From: Octopus vulgaris
Lineage: Eukaryota
Direction: 5' to 3'
Length of the DNA stretch: 64,000 nt
Assembly: GCA_951406725.2 (NCBI GenBank)
Contig: OX597831.1
Span: forward strand, 6,076,001 to 6,140,000
In this document: piece by piece, positions 53,096-64,000 of the stretch
Layout of the letters: each line of letters starts with the position of its first letter
Position numbering within the stretch: position 1 is the stretch's first letter
Notes under the pieces: generated by a model
Seen by the model: the letters and a program-made list of their open reading frames with translations, nothing else
Told to the model about the DNA's origin: nothing
Database searches by the model: none
Program-made: the position numbers and the translations under genes

Positions 53096-53102
<7 letters not shown>
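52480..53102 (-). mobile_element. Fold-back element with a 34-bp triplication at the apex
   Basis: Arms ~52561-52797 / 52864-53102; unit TTTATCTTGGTGAGGTTAAACAATGAACAGTTCA x3 (52767-52868). Confidence 0.85.
52901..52964 (+). ncRNA. Type I hammerhead ribozyme motif
   Basis: CAC CTGATGA ATG-A-CTG..CAG-C-CAT GAAA CGATCG TA GTG; minus-strand twin at 52694-52757. Confidence 0.8.
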
Positions 53103-53168
<66 letters not shown>

Positions 53169-53515
53169 TTAATGTCCGTTTTCCATGCTAGCATGAGTTG
53201 GACGGTTTGACCGGGGTCTGGGAAGCCAGGAGGCTGCACCAGGCTCCAGTCTGATCTGGCAGTGATTCTACAGCTGGATGCCCTTCCTAACGCCAACCAT
53301 TCCATGAGTATTGTGGGTGCATTTTATGTGCCACCGGCACATACACCAATCAAGGTGGTGCTGGCATTGGCCACGTTCAGATGGTGCTTTTTACGTGCCG
53401 CCGGCATGGGTATCACAACTACAATTTCCATTTGACTTATATTTTGATGTTGATGTACTTGACTCAATAGGTCTCCTCAAGCACAGCGGGTCACCCTACG
53501 ATCCAAGGTTAGCAC

Positions 53516-53649
53516 AGCAGGCCGTCCTGCGAGCCATGAACTCACTTCATTTGTCAGGTCTTCGCAGTCACAGCATATCTCCAGAGGTATTCTGTGACTG
53601 CAAAGGCCTGACAAATGAAGTGAGTTCATGGCTCGCAGGACAGCCTGCT
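53516..53649. repeat. 58-bp inverted repeat at the 5'-truncated end of a family C-tailed insertion
   Basis: 53516-53573 vs 53592-53649, few mismatches. Confidence 0.85.
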
Positions 53650-53991
53650 ATATATACACACATATATATTTGCATTGATTGGCTTGGAGCAATAATAGAA
53701 GGTTCTTGCCCAAGGTGCCACACAGTGAAACAGAACTGGAAACCGTGTGGTTCCAAATCATGGACAAGTCAAGACGTGACAAATGTGAAAAAGGAAAGTG
53801 GGGAAATGAAACAGTTCAGAGTTTCTAATAATAGATAAAGAGTCTATGAGTTAGATAACATTTGTGAGAACCGTTATCTTTAAGAGCCTTTCATATGATA
53901 TATACATACACATATATATCTGTGTGTGTGCATATATGTGTGTATATATGTAGGTATATAAATATGTGTGTGTGTGTGTGTAGTTAAGTGC

Positions 53992-54034
<43 letters not shown>

Positions 54035-55258
54035 TTCATTGTTCAAGAGTGTTTATCATAATATCAACAATTAAAGACACTTCTAGAGTGGACTTAAGTT
54101 GGGTGAATGCCCACGATGGTAATTTCTATCATATCATCAACATCACTGCATTGCATCCATGCTCAAGTCATGTGATTGAACATTATCCGAGTCCACCCGG
54201 CCAAAAGCAGAACCCGACCCACATAAGATAAACATGGTAAAACTGATAAGGGATTTTATTTATTTCTGGTATCGATAGGGAAAGTTACTAGATCTCTGTA
54301 TAAGACCTACATTGATCAAAGTTGGTCATGCATCAGCAGATGGATGCACAGAACTAGACATGATGATTATTCTTTGCAGAAAGCATGCAGTTATCCGTGG
54401 ATGCAAGTTTCCATCCCTTGTTCCACCAATGTTTATGCAAGGTAAAACAGTTGACCTGAGCCATTATAGTTTGACACCAAAGTTGTTGTAAGCATTGTTG
54501 TCTCCTGTAGTGAATGAAATGAATGCATAATGCGCTACTTCTCAAACAGTACATGTTCCTTCTCGAGCCATGCCTGGCTCATAAGGGCCGGTCCCCCGTC
54601 CGTCGCAGGTGAGCTGCAAGATGCAAGAGGAAAGAGTGAGAGAAATTTGTGGCAAAAGAATCAGCAGAAGGTGTTTTCGCTCATAAACACACACATCGCC
54701 TGGTCTGAGATTCGAACCCGCGGTCGAGGGACCGCGAGTCCACTGCTCTAACCACTAGGCCATGTGCCTCCACAAACAGTACATGGTGGTGTACTGATGC
54801 ACTGCAAGGAATATCTTGGTGCATTGCTTGTTTTATAATTCTATAATTTAGGTATTTAGAAAATCCATGAAATGCTTTCGTGTGAGGTGAATCATTTGAT
54901 TTCAAGAAAGGGGCCACATGCAAAAAATAAACCAAAGTGAATAGTTGTTCTTTAGCCTCTAATTTTCCAATACTGTACCAGAAATACAAGCAGCTTGTAG
55001 AAAATATAAGCCACTAATAGGGAATAGAAATTAATAATAGGAAATGCGACAAGAAGGAAGTGTGAGTAACTAGTGGGGAAGATAAGCAGCCAGGAGGAAA
55101 TGCAGAAATGCAAGCAAGCAAGAAGAAACACAAGAAACCAGCAGGAAATAAAAACTAGTACAGAATACGTGGAGACACATGGCTTAGTGGTTAGAGCGAT
55201 GGACTCGCAGTTGAGGGATTGTGAGTTCGAATCTCAGGCTGGGTGATGTGTGTTTTTA

Positions 55259-55650
55259 TGTTGTGTGGACCAGTACAGTCCAGGGGTTCCGCAAGAAGTT
55301 ACAAAACTGCTAAAATCGGCAGTATTTTTTAATTGTTCTGTGCGATTATGTGTGCATAAGACTATTAAATTATTGCACAGGAGTTCCTCGAGCGAGTGGA
55401 ATGTTTCCTTGGGGTTCCACTCCAGCAAAAAGTTTGAAAAGCACTGGTGTGGACACTCCCAGACGATAAGTAGGCTAGTCCAATATGTATAAATAGTGGA
55501 CGTGATAGCTAGTTGGAGAAGCATCGAGTAAAGTCGTCAGTAGACTAGACGTCAAGTTCTGTTGAGTCGAGTCATCGGAAGTGAGAGTTCGATAGTTGAG
55601 TAGAGGTATGTTATTGGTGAAGGCACACCATCTGAATGTGCGATATAACA
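55259..55650. mobile_element. Solo LTR-like insertion inside a SINE, itself containing a hAT MITE
   Basis: TGTT...AACA termini, approximate 5-bp TSD (tttta/gttta), internal TATAAATA. Confidence 0.55.
55271..55446. mobile_element. hAT-type MITE
   Basis: CAGT...CACTG termini and an exact 8-bp TSD GTGTGGAC (55263-55270, 55447-55454). Confidence 0.8.
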
Positions 55651-56112
55651 GTTTATGAGTGAAACACCTCAGCTTCATGCAGCTCTGGCAGAAGGTAATG
55701 GCGAACTTCTGCTGACTCTTTCACCACAACCTTTTCTTACTCTTTCTTCCTGCATCTAGCTGCTCACTTGCGATGGACCAGCATCCTGTTCAGGTGGGGA
55801 ACCTGTATGCCAGTGAAACCGGGAAACTGGCCCTTATGAACCAGGCATGGCTTGAGAAGGAACAAACATCAACAACAGGAGAGAATACAAGTGACGAGAA
55901 GGGAACATAAGCAACCAGGGGGAAATACAAGAAACTAATAGAAAATACAAGTAAACAGGAGGAAACATCATCATCATCATCGTTTAGCGTCCGCTTTCCA
56001 TGCTAGCATGGGTTGGACAGTTCAACTGGGGTCTGGGAAGCCAGAAGGCTGCACCAGGCCCAGTCTGATCTGGCAATGTTTCTATGGCTGGATGCCCTTC
56101 CTAACGCCGACC

Positions 56113-56595
56113 ACAAGCAGTCAGCGGCATATTGGCTGAGATCTCGCAGCAGCCATTGCCATCTCTGAGACTGGAGCGAGACCTCACCTGCATCCATTTG
56201 CCATGTGCGAGATCACAACGAGGCTCGCGATGGCAAACTGTATATAAGGGCAAAACAGATTGAGATTCCTCCTCTTTTGTCACCTCTTAGCAGCAGCACT
56301 TGCTGAGCACACTCCACAGGCTGGGCCTGTCTGTATGTTGTACCTCCAGAGGCAATATGCCCGCACTAACGGAGCTACTACACAATGCACACAGCTAAAG
56401 ATGGTTGCTGAGAGCAGCACACTTCACCTATTCTGTGAAACTTGTAAATAAACCAGTTGTAAATTGCATTGGACTTGAAGTCTTCTCTCTTCACCTGCCG
56501 GAGCCTGAACTACATGACGAACAAAAAGAGACAATGGAAGAAGGCAATATTCTCCCGATATCGTAAACCTTGTCATCCATTATAAGGACATACAA
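56113..56595 (+). mobile_element. LTR-like segment
   Basis: GC-richer unique block with TATATAAGG (~56241) and AATAAA (~56447); termini not clear. Confidence 0.35.
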
Positions 56596-58100
56596 TTTAA
56601 GGCTATATAACATCGATATAGTTTGCATCTACAGTCTGGAAGTCCTATCTTACCCAGAATATCAATCTACTAGAAGCTGTTGTCTAGAGATATGCAACCA
56701 GACGCAGACCCTCTGTCAGTCATACACCATATCTTCACTATTTTTCAGCTTTGGGCATTGACACACAAAGCTTGAAAGTTTAGCAGTAACGTCTTAGAAG
56801 CCCATAATGTTATTCGCCGTTTTCCCAACGACGACTTTGGCCACCTTTTAGGATTCAAACTTGTACAACCTGTACACATATTTATAAAATACAAAACAGA
56901 AAATAAATAAACCCAGTCCAACACCCACAACTTTCAGAAACATTGATTCTCACGATAAGAATTGTCAGTGCATTGAATAAACTACTTTAACTGTCAGGAC
57001 ACAGCATCATTGATATTTTTACCAAAATTAGTTCTTTCAGTTTTATGTTCGGAATTCAAATGTTACTAGGGTCAACTAACACCCCACCTCATTCCCACAC
57101 AATTTCAGGCTTTGCTTGCGTTTACGGTAGAAAGGATCGTCGTTGTCATCATCATCATCATCAGCAGCAGCAGCGGACTCGCGGTTTCGATTCCCAGACC
57201 GGGTGTTGTGTGTGTTTATTGAGCGAAAACACCTAAAGCTCCACGAGGCTCTGGCAGGGGGCGGTGGCAATCCCTTCTGTACTCTTTCGCTCCAACTTTC
57301 TCTCATTCTTTCTTCCTGTTTCTTGTCCCCGACTTCGTACTAAACCGCTGAGCCTGGATGCGCATTCATCCATCCGTCGATGCTCTCAGTGTCGGGAGTT
57401 GACCTGCTTTCTCTTCTGCGGGTCTTACGAATAGCAAAGGACCACGTTTCGGACTTCTCCCACTCTGGGACGAAGACCGCTTTGCTCAACAAACAAACAG
57501 CAACAGCAGCAGCAACATCATCATCACCTCACCATCACTATCATCATCATCATCATCATCATCAACATCACCATCGTCATCATCATCCTCATCATCATTA
57601 TTATTATCATTGTTCCGCCGAGGTCGACTTTGCCTTTCATCCTTTTAAGGTCAATAAATTAGGTACCAGTTGCGTACACGAGTCGATCTAATCGACTGCC
57701 CATCCCCCCTCCCCCAAAAAAATTTTCGGGCCTTGTGCCTAGATTAGAAAAGATCATTATCATTGTTATCTTCGAGACATGTAGAGAAAACGTGACATAC
57801 ACAAGCTGGGTCAATGACACACACACACCGACAATGAAATACGTGTGCGATGTAAGGGAGACAACTTTATCAGCGATGAAATTATGGCGCAATAATCTTT
57901 CAAAGATAGTTAGGCTGCCTGCCAAATGACAGTTAAATCTCTCTCAAATCACAGTCTATCGTATAAAAAACGTAAGGACAAATATTATGTAATACAATAC
58001 TAAATATATCCCATATCACCCACTAAAAAAAAAAATTAAAAAACCCAATGGCTACGTGTTATTCTTTTAGGAAATCAACAAGGGTTAACTTGAATGATAT

Positions 58101-58670
58101 CGGGCGAAATGCTTAGCGGTATTTTGTCTGCCGTTACGTTCTGAGTTCAAATTCCGCCGAGGTCGACTTTGCCTTTCATCCTTTCGGGGTCGATAAAAAA
58201 AGTACCAGTTACGCACTGGGATCGATATAATCGACTTAACCCCTTTGTCTGTCCTTGTTTGTCCCCTCTGTGTTTAGCCCCTTTTGGGTAGAAAAGAAAT
58301 AGGTATTTCGTCTGCCGTTGCATTCTGAGTTCAAATTCTGCCAAGGTCGACTTTGCCTTTCATCCTTTCGGGGTCGATTAAATAAGTACCAGTTACACAC
58401 TGGGGTCGATGTAATCGACTTACCCCTTTGTCTGTCCTTGTTTGTTCTCTCTGTGTTTAGCCCCTTGTGAGTAGTAAAGAAATAGGTATTTCGTCTGTCT
58501 TTATTTCACCTGTCTTTGCATTCGGAGTTCAAATTTCGTCGAGGTCGACTTTGCTTTTCATCCTTTCGGGGTCAATAAATTAAGTACCAGTTGCGTACTT
58601 TAGTCGATCTTATCGACTAGTCCTTCCACTGCAAAATTTAGGGCCTTGTGCCTCGAGTAGAATAGAATGA
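58101..58670 (+). mobile_element. SINE family B trimer
   Basis: Three consecutive body units after a truncated head. Confidence 0.8.
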
Positions 58671-59120
58671 TGTTGCAACTCTCTAACTTTTTACAAGATT
58701 TAAAACTGGGCAACAATTGAATAACAATAACCGTAAGCTTATTGTATAAAAGTGCCCAGGAGTACTAAACTCGTCAAGAAAGGTTGGAAAAGGAAAGAGA
58801 GAGCAGACATATATATCAAGTGAAGAGACACAGAAATGAAAGTTAGACGAACTTGCACAGTTTGTAGAATTCATTATAATTTAGACACAGGTGTAGCTGT
58901 GTGGTAAGATGCTGTAGGAACACTGCCAGATCAGACTGGAGCCTCTTGGTGCAGCCTCCTGGCTTCCCAGACCCCGGTCGAACCGTCCAACCCATGCTAG
59001 CATGGAAAACGGATGTTAAACGATGATGATGAGGAGGAGGAAGGATGTACAGAGTCAGAAGGAAAGGTGCAAAACATTTTGTCCAACTCCCTTACAATTC
59101 TGCCAGTTTTCTTAGAACGG

Positions 59121-59528
59121 TACTCTCTTTTTACTTGTTCCAGTCAATTGACTGCGGCCATGCTGGAGCACCGCCTTTAGTCGAGCAAATCGACCCCGGG
59201 ACTTATTCTTTTTGTAAGCCCAGTACTTATCCTATCGGACTCTTTTGCTGAACCGCTAAGCGACGGGGACGTAAACACACCAGCATCGGTTGTCAAGCAA
59301 TGCTAGGGGGACAAACAGACGCACAAACATATACACACATACATATATATATATATATATACATATATACGACAGGCTTCTTTCAGTTTCCGTCTACCAA
59401 ATCCACTCACAAGGCATTGGTCGGCCCGAGGCTATAGCAGAAGACACTTGCCCAAGATGCCACGCAGTGGGACTGAACCCAGAACCATGTGGTTGGTAAG
59501 CAAGTTACTTACCACACAGCCACTCCTG
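59121..59528 (-). mobile_element. SINE family A
   Basis: Reverse-complement full-length copy. Confidence 0.85.
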
Positions 59529-60449
59529 TTTTTACAGAGAGTAAAACCATAAAATATGGAGAAGTGGACAAAAAAAAAAAGGCCATAAAACTGGCATTTT
59601 AGGAGCCTTAGGAGAAGTGTTGCTGAATTCTGGGAAATAAGGAATTTTTGAAGGATGCAGTGTCCTGACTGTTAACAAATGATATGGGTCATTTATTCTG
59701 TCCTGTGTGAAAGTACCCACATAATAGCACCCGTCCCAGAGCCACGTAAAAGCACCTTTGTTAGTGTCGCAGTAAAGTGCCCATACCGGCACCATGTAAA
59801 AGCATCCAGTACACTCTGTGGAATGGCTGGCATTCATTAAGAAGGGGCTTCCAGCCATAGTAACCATGCCATGGAACCTGGGCAGCTCTTCAGCTGGCCA
59901 ACTTCTATCAAACCTGTCCAAGCCATGCTAGCACAGAGAAGAGACATTAAAAAGATAATGATGATGGTGGTGATGATGATGATGGTGGTGGTGATGATGA
60001 TGATGATGATGGTGGTGATGATGATGATGGTGGTGGTGGTGGTGGTGACGATGATGATGATGGTGGTGATGATGATGATGGTGGTGGTGGTGGTAACAAT
60101 GATGATGATGGTGGTGGTGGTGAAGTTGGCAATTTGGAGCATACAAAAGACATTTCTAAAAGTCATGGCTGTTACCTTTCAAAGTTTATTTCACAGGTGC
60201 CATGGGGCCTTTGCAACCTTTCCTCTTTATGGCTTTTTTTTTTTAATGCTCACTTCTCTGTCTTTTTATCTTTTTCTCTGTGTACTTTGCCCATAATTTT
60301 GGCTGTCACTCACACCTTTCTTCTCCAATGACCACTTTCTGTCTCCTCTGGTGAGTTGGAGTGTTCCTCTGTGTTGATTATGGTTTATATTTTGGTATTA
60401 ACAAAAGCTCCATACTTGTGAAGTTCAACATTGGATGAAAGTATTGTCA

Positions 60450-60795
60450 ACTAACGTTTTATCTCACAACATCATAAGCGGAAAGTGTAACCTCTCAAAA
60501 GAGCTGTTCTTCACTCCTGCTCCAGAGCGTCGGCTGCGGGGTCATTCCGAAAAGCTCTATCTGCGACGATTTCATCTCAATCGAAGGAGAGGGGTTTTCT
60601 CCGTCCGGGTTGCGGATCCATGGAATAAACTGCCGGACGAGATGGGGAAGATGCCGACGACCGCTTTGTTCAAAGTCTCCCTTGACCTCAAGTGGCCTGA
60701 ACTCTTTACATGAACACCACCCTGTACATAACTCCATGTCCCCCTACATGGCCTTGATTTTTGCTTTTTGAGCCAAAGAATTAACTAACTAACTA
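60450..60795 (+). mobile_element. CR1-group LINE 3' end
   Basis: RLRGHSEKLYLRRFHLNRRRGVFSVRVADPWNKLPDEM..FKVSLD, short 3' UTR, (TAAC)n tail. Confidence 0.85.
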
Positions 60796-61192
60796 TCTCT
60801 CTCTTGTTTTGTTGCATTTTTTTGGGGGGTATTTTCTCATGTGTTGCAATGACTCCCTTGTTCTTAAAGATGAGTTATGATTCATCTTAATGAAATGCTT
60901 TCCATTAAGAGTGCTCTATAACTAATTGGGAACGAATTAGAGCTGCAGCAAATGTATCTATGCTAAGGCAATAAAATGGAAATAGCAAATCCTCCCCCTC
61001 CTTCTTAACCCTCCATCACCATCGCCACCATGACCACGACCACCAACACCATCACCATGATCACCATGACCACCACCACCAGTGGCTGGAAACATGTTGA
61101 GGTATGTAAAGTGTTAGAGACAGAAACCTAATTGGTTCTTACAATAAATACATCTGAAAGTAAAATTTATATATGGACCCTTAAGATACTAT

Positions 61193-61607
61193 AGGCGCAG
61201 GAGTGGCTGTGTGGTAAGTAGCTTGCTAACCAACCACATGGTTCCGGGTTCAGTCCCACTGCGTGGCATCTTGGGCAAGTGTCTTCTGCTATAGCCCCGG
61301 GCCGACCAATGCCTTGTGAGTGGATTTGGTAGACGGAAACTGAAAGAAGCCTGTCGTATATATGTATATATATATATGTATATGTGTGTGTTTGTGTGTC
61401 TGTGTTTGTCCCCCTAACATTGCTTGACAACCGATGCTGGTGTGTTTATGTCCCCGTCACATGGCGGTTCGGCAAAAGAGACCGATAGAATAAGCACTGG
61501 GCTTACAAAGAATAAGTCCCGGGGTCGATTTGCTCGATTAAAGGCGGTGCTCCAGCATGGCCGCAATCAAAATGACTGAAACAAGTAAAAGAGTAAAGAG
61601 TAAGAGT
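61193..61607 (+). mobile_element. SINE family A
   Basis: Full-length copy. Confidence 0.85.
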
Positions 61608-63059
61608 ATTGAGAATCTCCAATTTGCTATTTTGCTTGCATGGGAACCCCATCTAAAATCTCATGTGGACTCTCAGAGGGTCATACGGACCCTGATTCAG
61701 AACCACTGATTTAGATCAACTTAAAACAGAAATTGATATACAGCTAGGAGTAGTCCTGTGTGGGTGGGCTGTTATCAAAGGGCTTGAAATCACATTCACT
61801 GCCTCCCTCCTCCTGTCTCACACATTGCTATCTAAGAAGTAAATCACTATCACCACCACCACCACCATCATATAATATCCGTTGTCCATGCTGGCATGGG
61901 TTGGATGGTGTGACCAGAGTTGGCAAGCTGGTGGGGGCTGCACCAGGCTCCAGTCTGAATTGCCATAGTTTCTATGGCTGGATGCCCTTTCTACACCAAC
62001 CACTTTACAGAGTGTGCCGGGTGATTTTATGTGACACCATACAGGTGCTTTTACATGGTACCACACGGACGCTTTTATGTGGCACCACACAGGTGCTTTT
62101 ACATGGTACCACACAGACACTTTTATGTGGCACCACACAGGTGCTTTTACATGGTACCACACGGACACTTTATGTGGCACCACACAGGTGCTTTTACATG
62201 GTACCACACAGACATACACTCATACATACATACACACATACATACATACATACATATATACATACATACATGCATACATACATACATACACTCATACATA
62301 CATACACACATACACTCATACATACTCATATATACATACATACACACATACATAATACATACATACACACATACATACATACATACACACATACATACAT
62401 ACATATATATACATACATGCATACATGCATACATACATACATACACACATACATACACTCGTACATACATACATACTAACCCTAACCCCTTTAAGCTAAA
62501 ACCAGTACATACGCACGAATGATATCATAAATAACAGTGACAAACGAAAAATCACCGCCGATAGTCATTGTTGACAAACAACGGCAGTAATTTTATTCAC
62601 ACATCATTGATTGGTTGAAATTACCGAAATACGACAACTTTAACAAGAAATAACTTCCAAAATACAGAATTTTCTCAACAACGCTAAGAGTAAAAGATGT
62701 TTTATGTGACACATTCTACAAGTATACGAAGTTTTGAAAGTGTTTAGTTACAAAAAATTATTTTTTAAATCTGTCGGTCAAAAAGTAAAGATCCAAATTC
62801 ACCAACACCCAATCCTGACGTGATATGGTCCCTTTTACTGTTCATTTATCTGTCTTCTTGTGTCTTATCCAGGGTTCTACGCATTTACTTTTGGCTATCT
62901 TTGATGTCTTTCTTAACTTACTGTTGCTTTCTGTCCTCTCTTTTATTCTTTTCAAACTATTTGTAGGTTATCTGATCACTATACAGAATAAGCCCACTAT
63001 TGTATGTTACTATAAAACAACTCTTTCAATGACAGCCAGAGGAACACTTTATTCCGAGA

Positions 63060-63447
63060 CTAGCAGTATCGCCCGGCGTTGCTCGGGTTTGTTTCGACCC
63101 CTCAGAATTGGAATTTTTGAAAAGATTTTGCATTATGTAGCTTGTTATTCTCTTTAAGTGAACATTTTTCTGGTTGAAATACACCGAAAAATGGCGACAC
63201 AGCAGTAAAAAAAATCGTAAAAAATAGGGATTTTCATAATAAAAATGCACCTTTTTGATGTAAATAATTTTTGGTTTTAACATGATCCAATTTGAATTTT
63301 ATTTTCTATGGAATGAAGAGCAATCCATCTTCTATCATAACTCAATTTTGGTCAACTTGCGCCGCAGGGTCTTGGAGGAGATAGTGTTAGTTGAAGGCTT
63401 ACCAAACCTGCCATACACAGACAACTTCAGCTTTATATAGAGAGAGA
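63060..63447 (-). mobile_element. Non-autonomous Helitron
   Basis: 5' TCTCTCTCTATATAAAGC; 3' hairpin CCCGAGCAACGCCGGG followed by CTAG-T. Confidence 0.75.
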
Positions 63448-64000
63448 TTTGAAAGAACATCATCATTTTTAGAACGGGATTAATTTGATGGTGGGTTGCA
63501 TTAGTATGTTGGTGCGACTTTGAGGAAGATGAAAATGTTTTCTCATTTAATTTTCTAAACAGCAGGAAAAAAAAAAAGTTTTAGAGAGTTGTTTCCCTTA
63601 GAACGGTAAAGTTCCGTAAGAACTGGAAGCTGCTGGGTCTTGCCTTAAAATGCTTTCCTGCTGTAAATCTTTAATATTTAATGTGATCCGCTCGAAATTA
63701 ATATTGATTCGTTTCGACATCGAGGGAAAACTCATGTTGCAGCATCCATGACTTTATCAAGGACATTAACAGCTTAACTTATTTAAAACGGCTTCAAACT
63801 CTGGATTAAAACAGATTTTACTCTTAGTTAATCGGGAACTTATTCCTTTATTTCTTGCTGTACACCGTGGACAAATATGTTAAATATTTGTAACATTATA
63901 ACTGGAACTAACAATAAAATAATATAAAGCAGATATTCCTAACCCCATGGGGTAAAATTTCAAAATGCCAATTTTTGGCAAAAACAAAAATAAAAAATTT

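Noticed and set aside
62476-62490. Telomeric repeat
   Set aside because: Only two CTAACC units, at the edge of an interspersed repeat.

Overview
Repeat-dominated, AT-rich eukaryotic (animal) genomic DNA. The SINE and microsatellite content suggests a cephalopod (Octopus-like), which is an inference. There is one convincing protein-coding gene, an intronless Spot14/MID1IP1-family ORF (12465-13157, +), inside a ~9 kb SINE-free zone. The rest is at least five tRNA-type SINE families, mariner/maT/hAT/piggyBac-type DNA transposon relics, Helitrons, CR1 and R4/Dong-like LINE ends, a Penelope-like GIY-YIG fragment, a 5.8S rRNA pseudogene and local inverted duplications. Most notable: a dense cluster (48.5-53.1 kb) of six short non-coding elements of largely unrelated sequence, inserted in (TA)n tracts. 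Five are fold-back inverted repeats, and five carry a type I hammerhead ribozyme motif with a palindromic stem III (the sixth keeps only the 3' half). They look like non-autonomous Penelope-type / retrozyme-like retroelements. All calls were made by eye; no folding or database searches were run.
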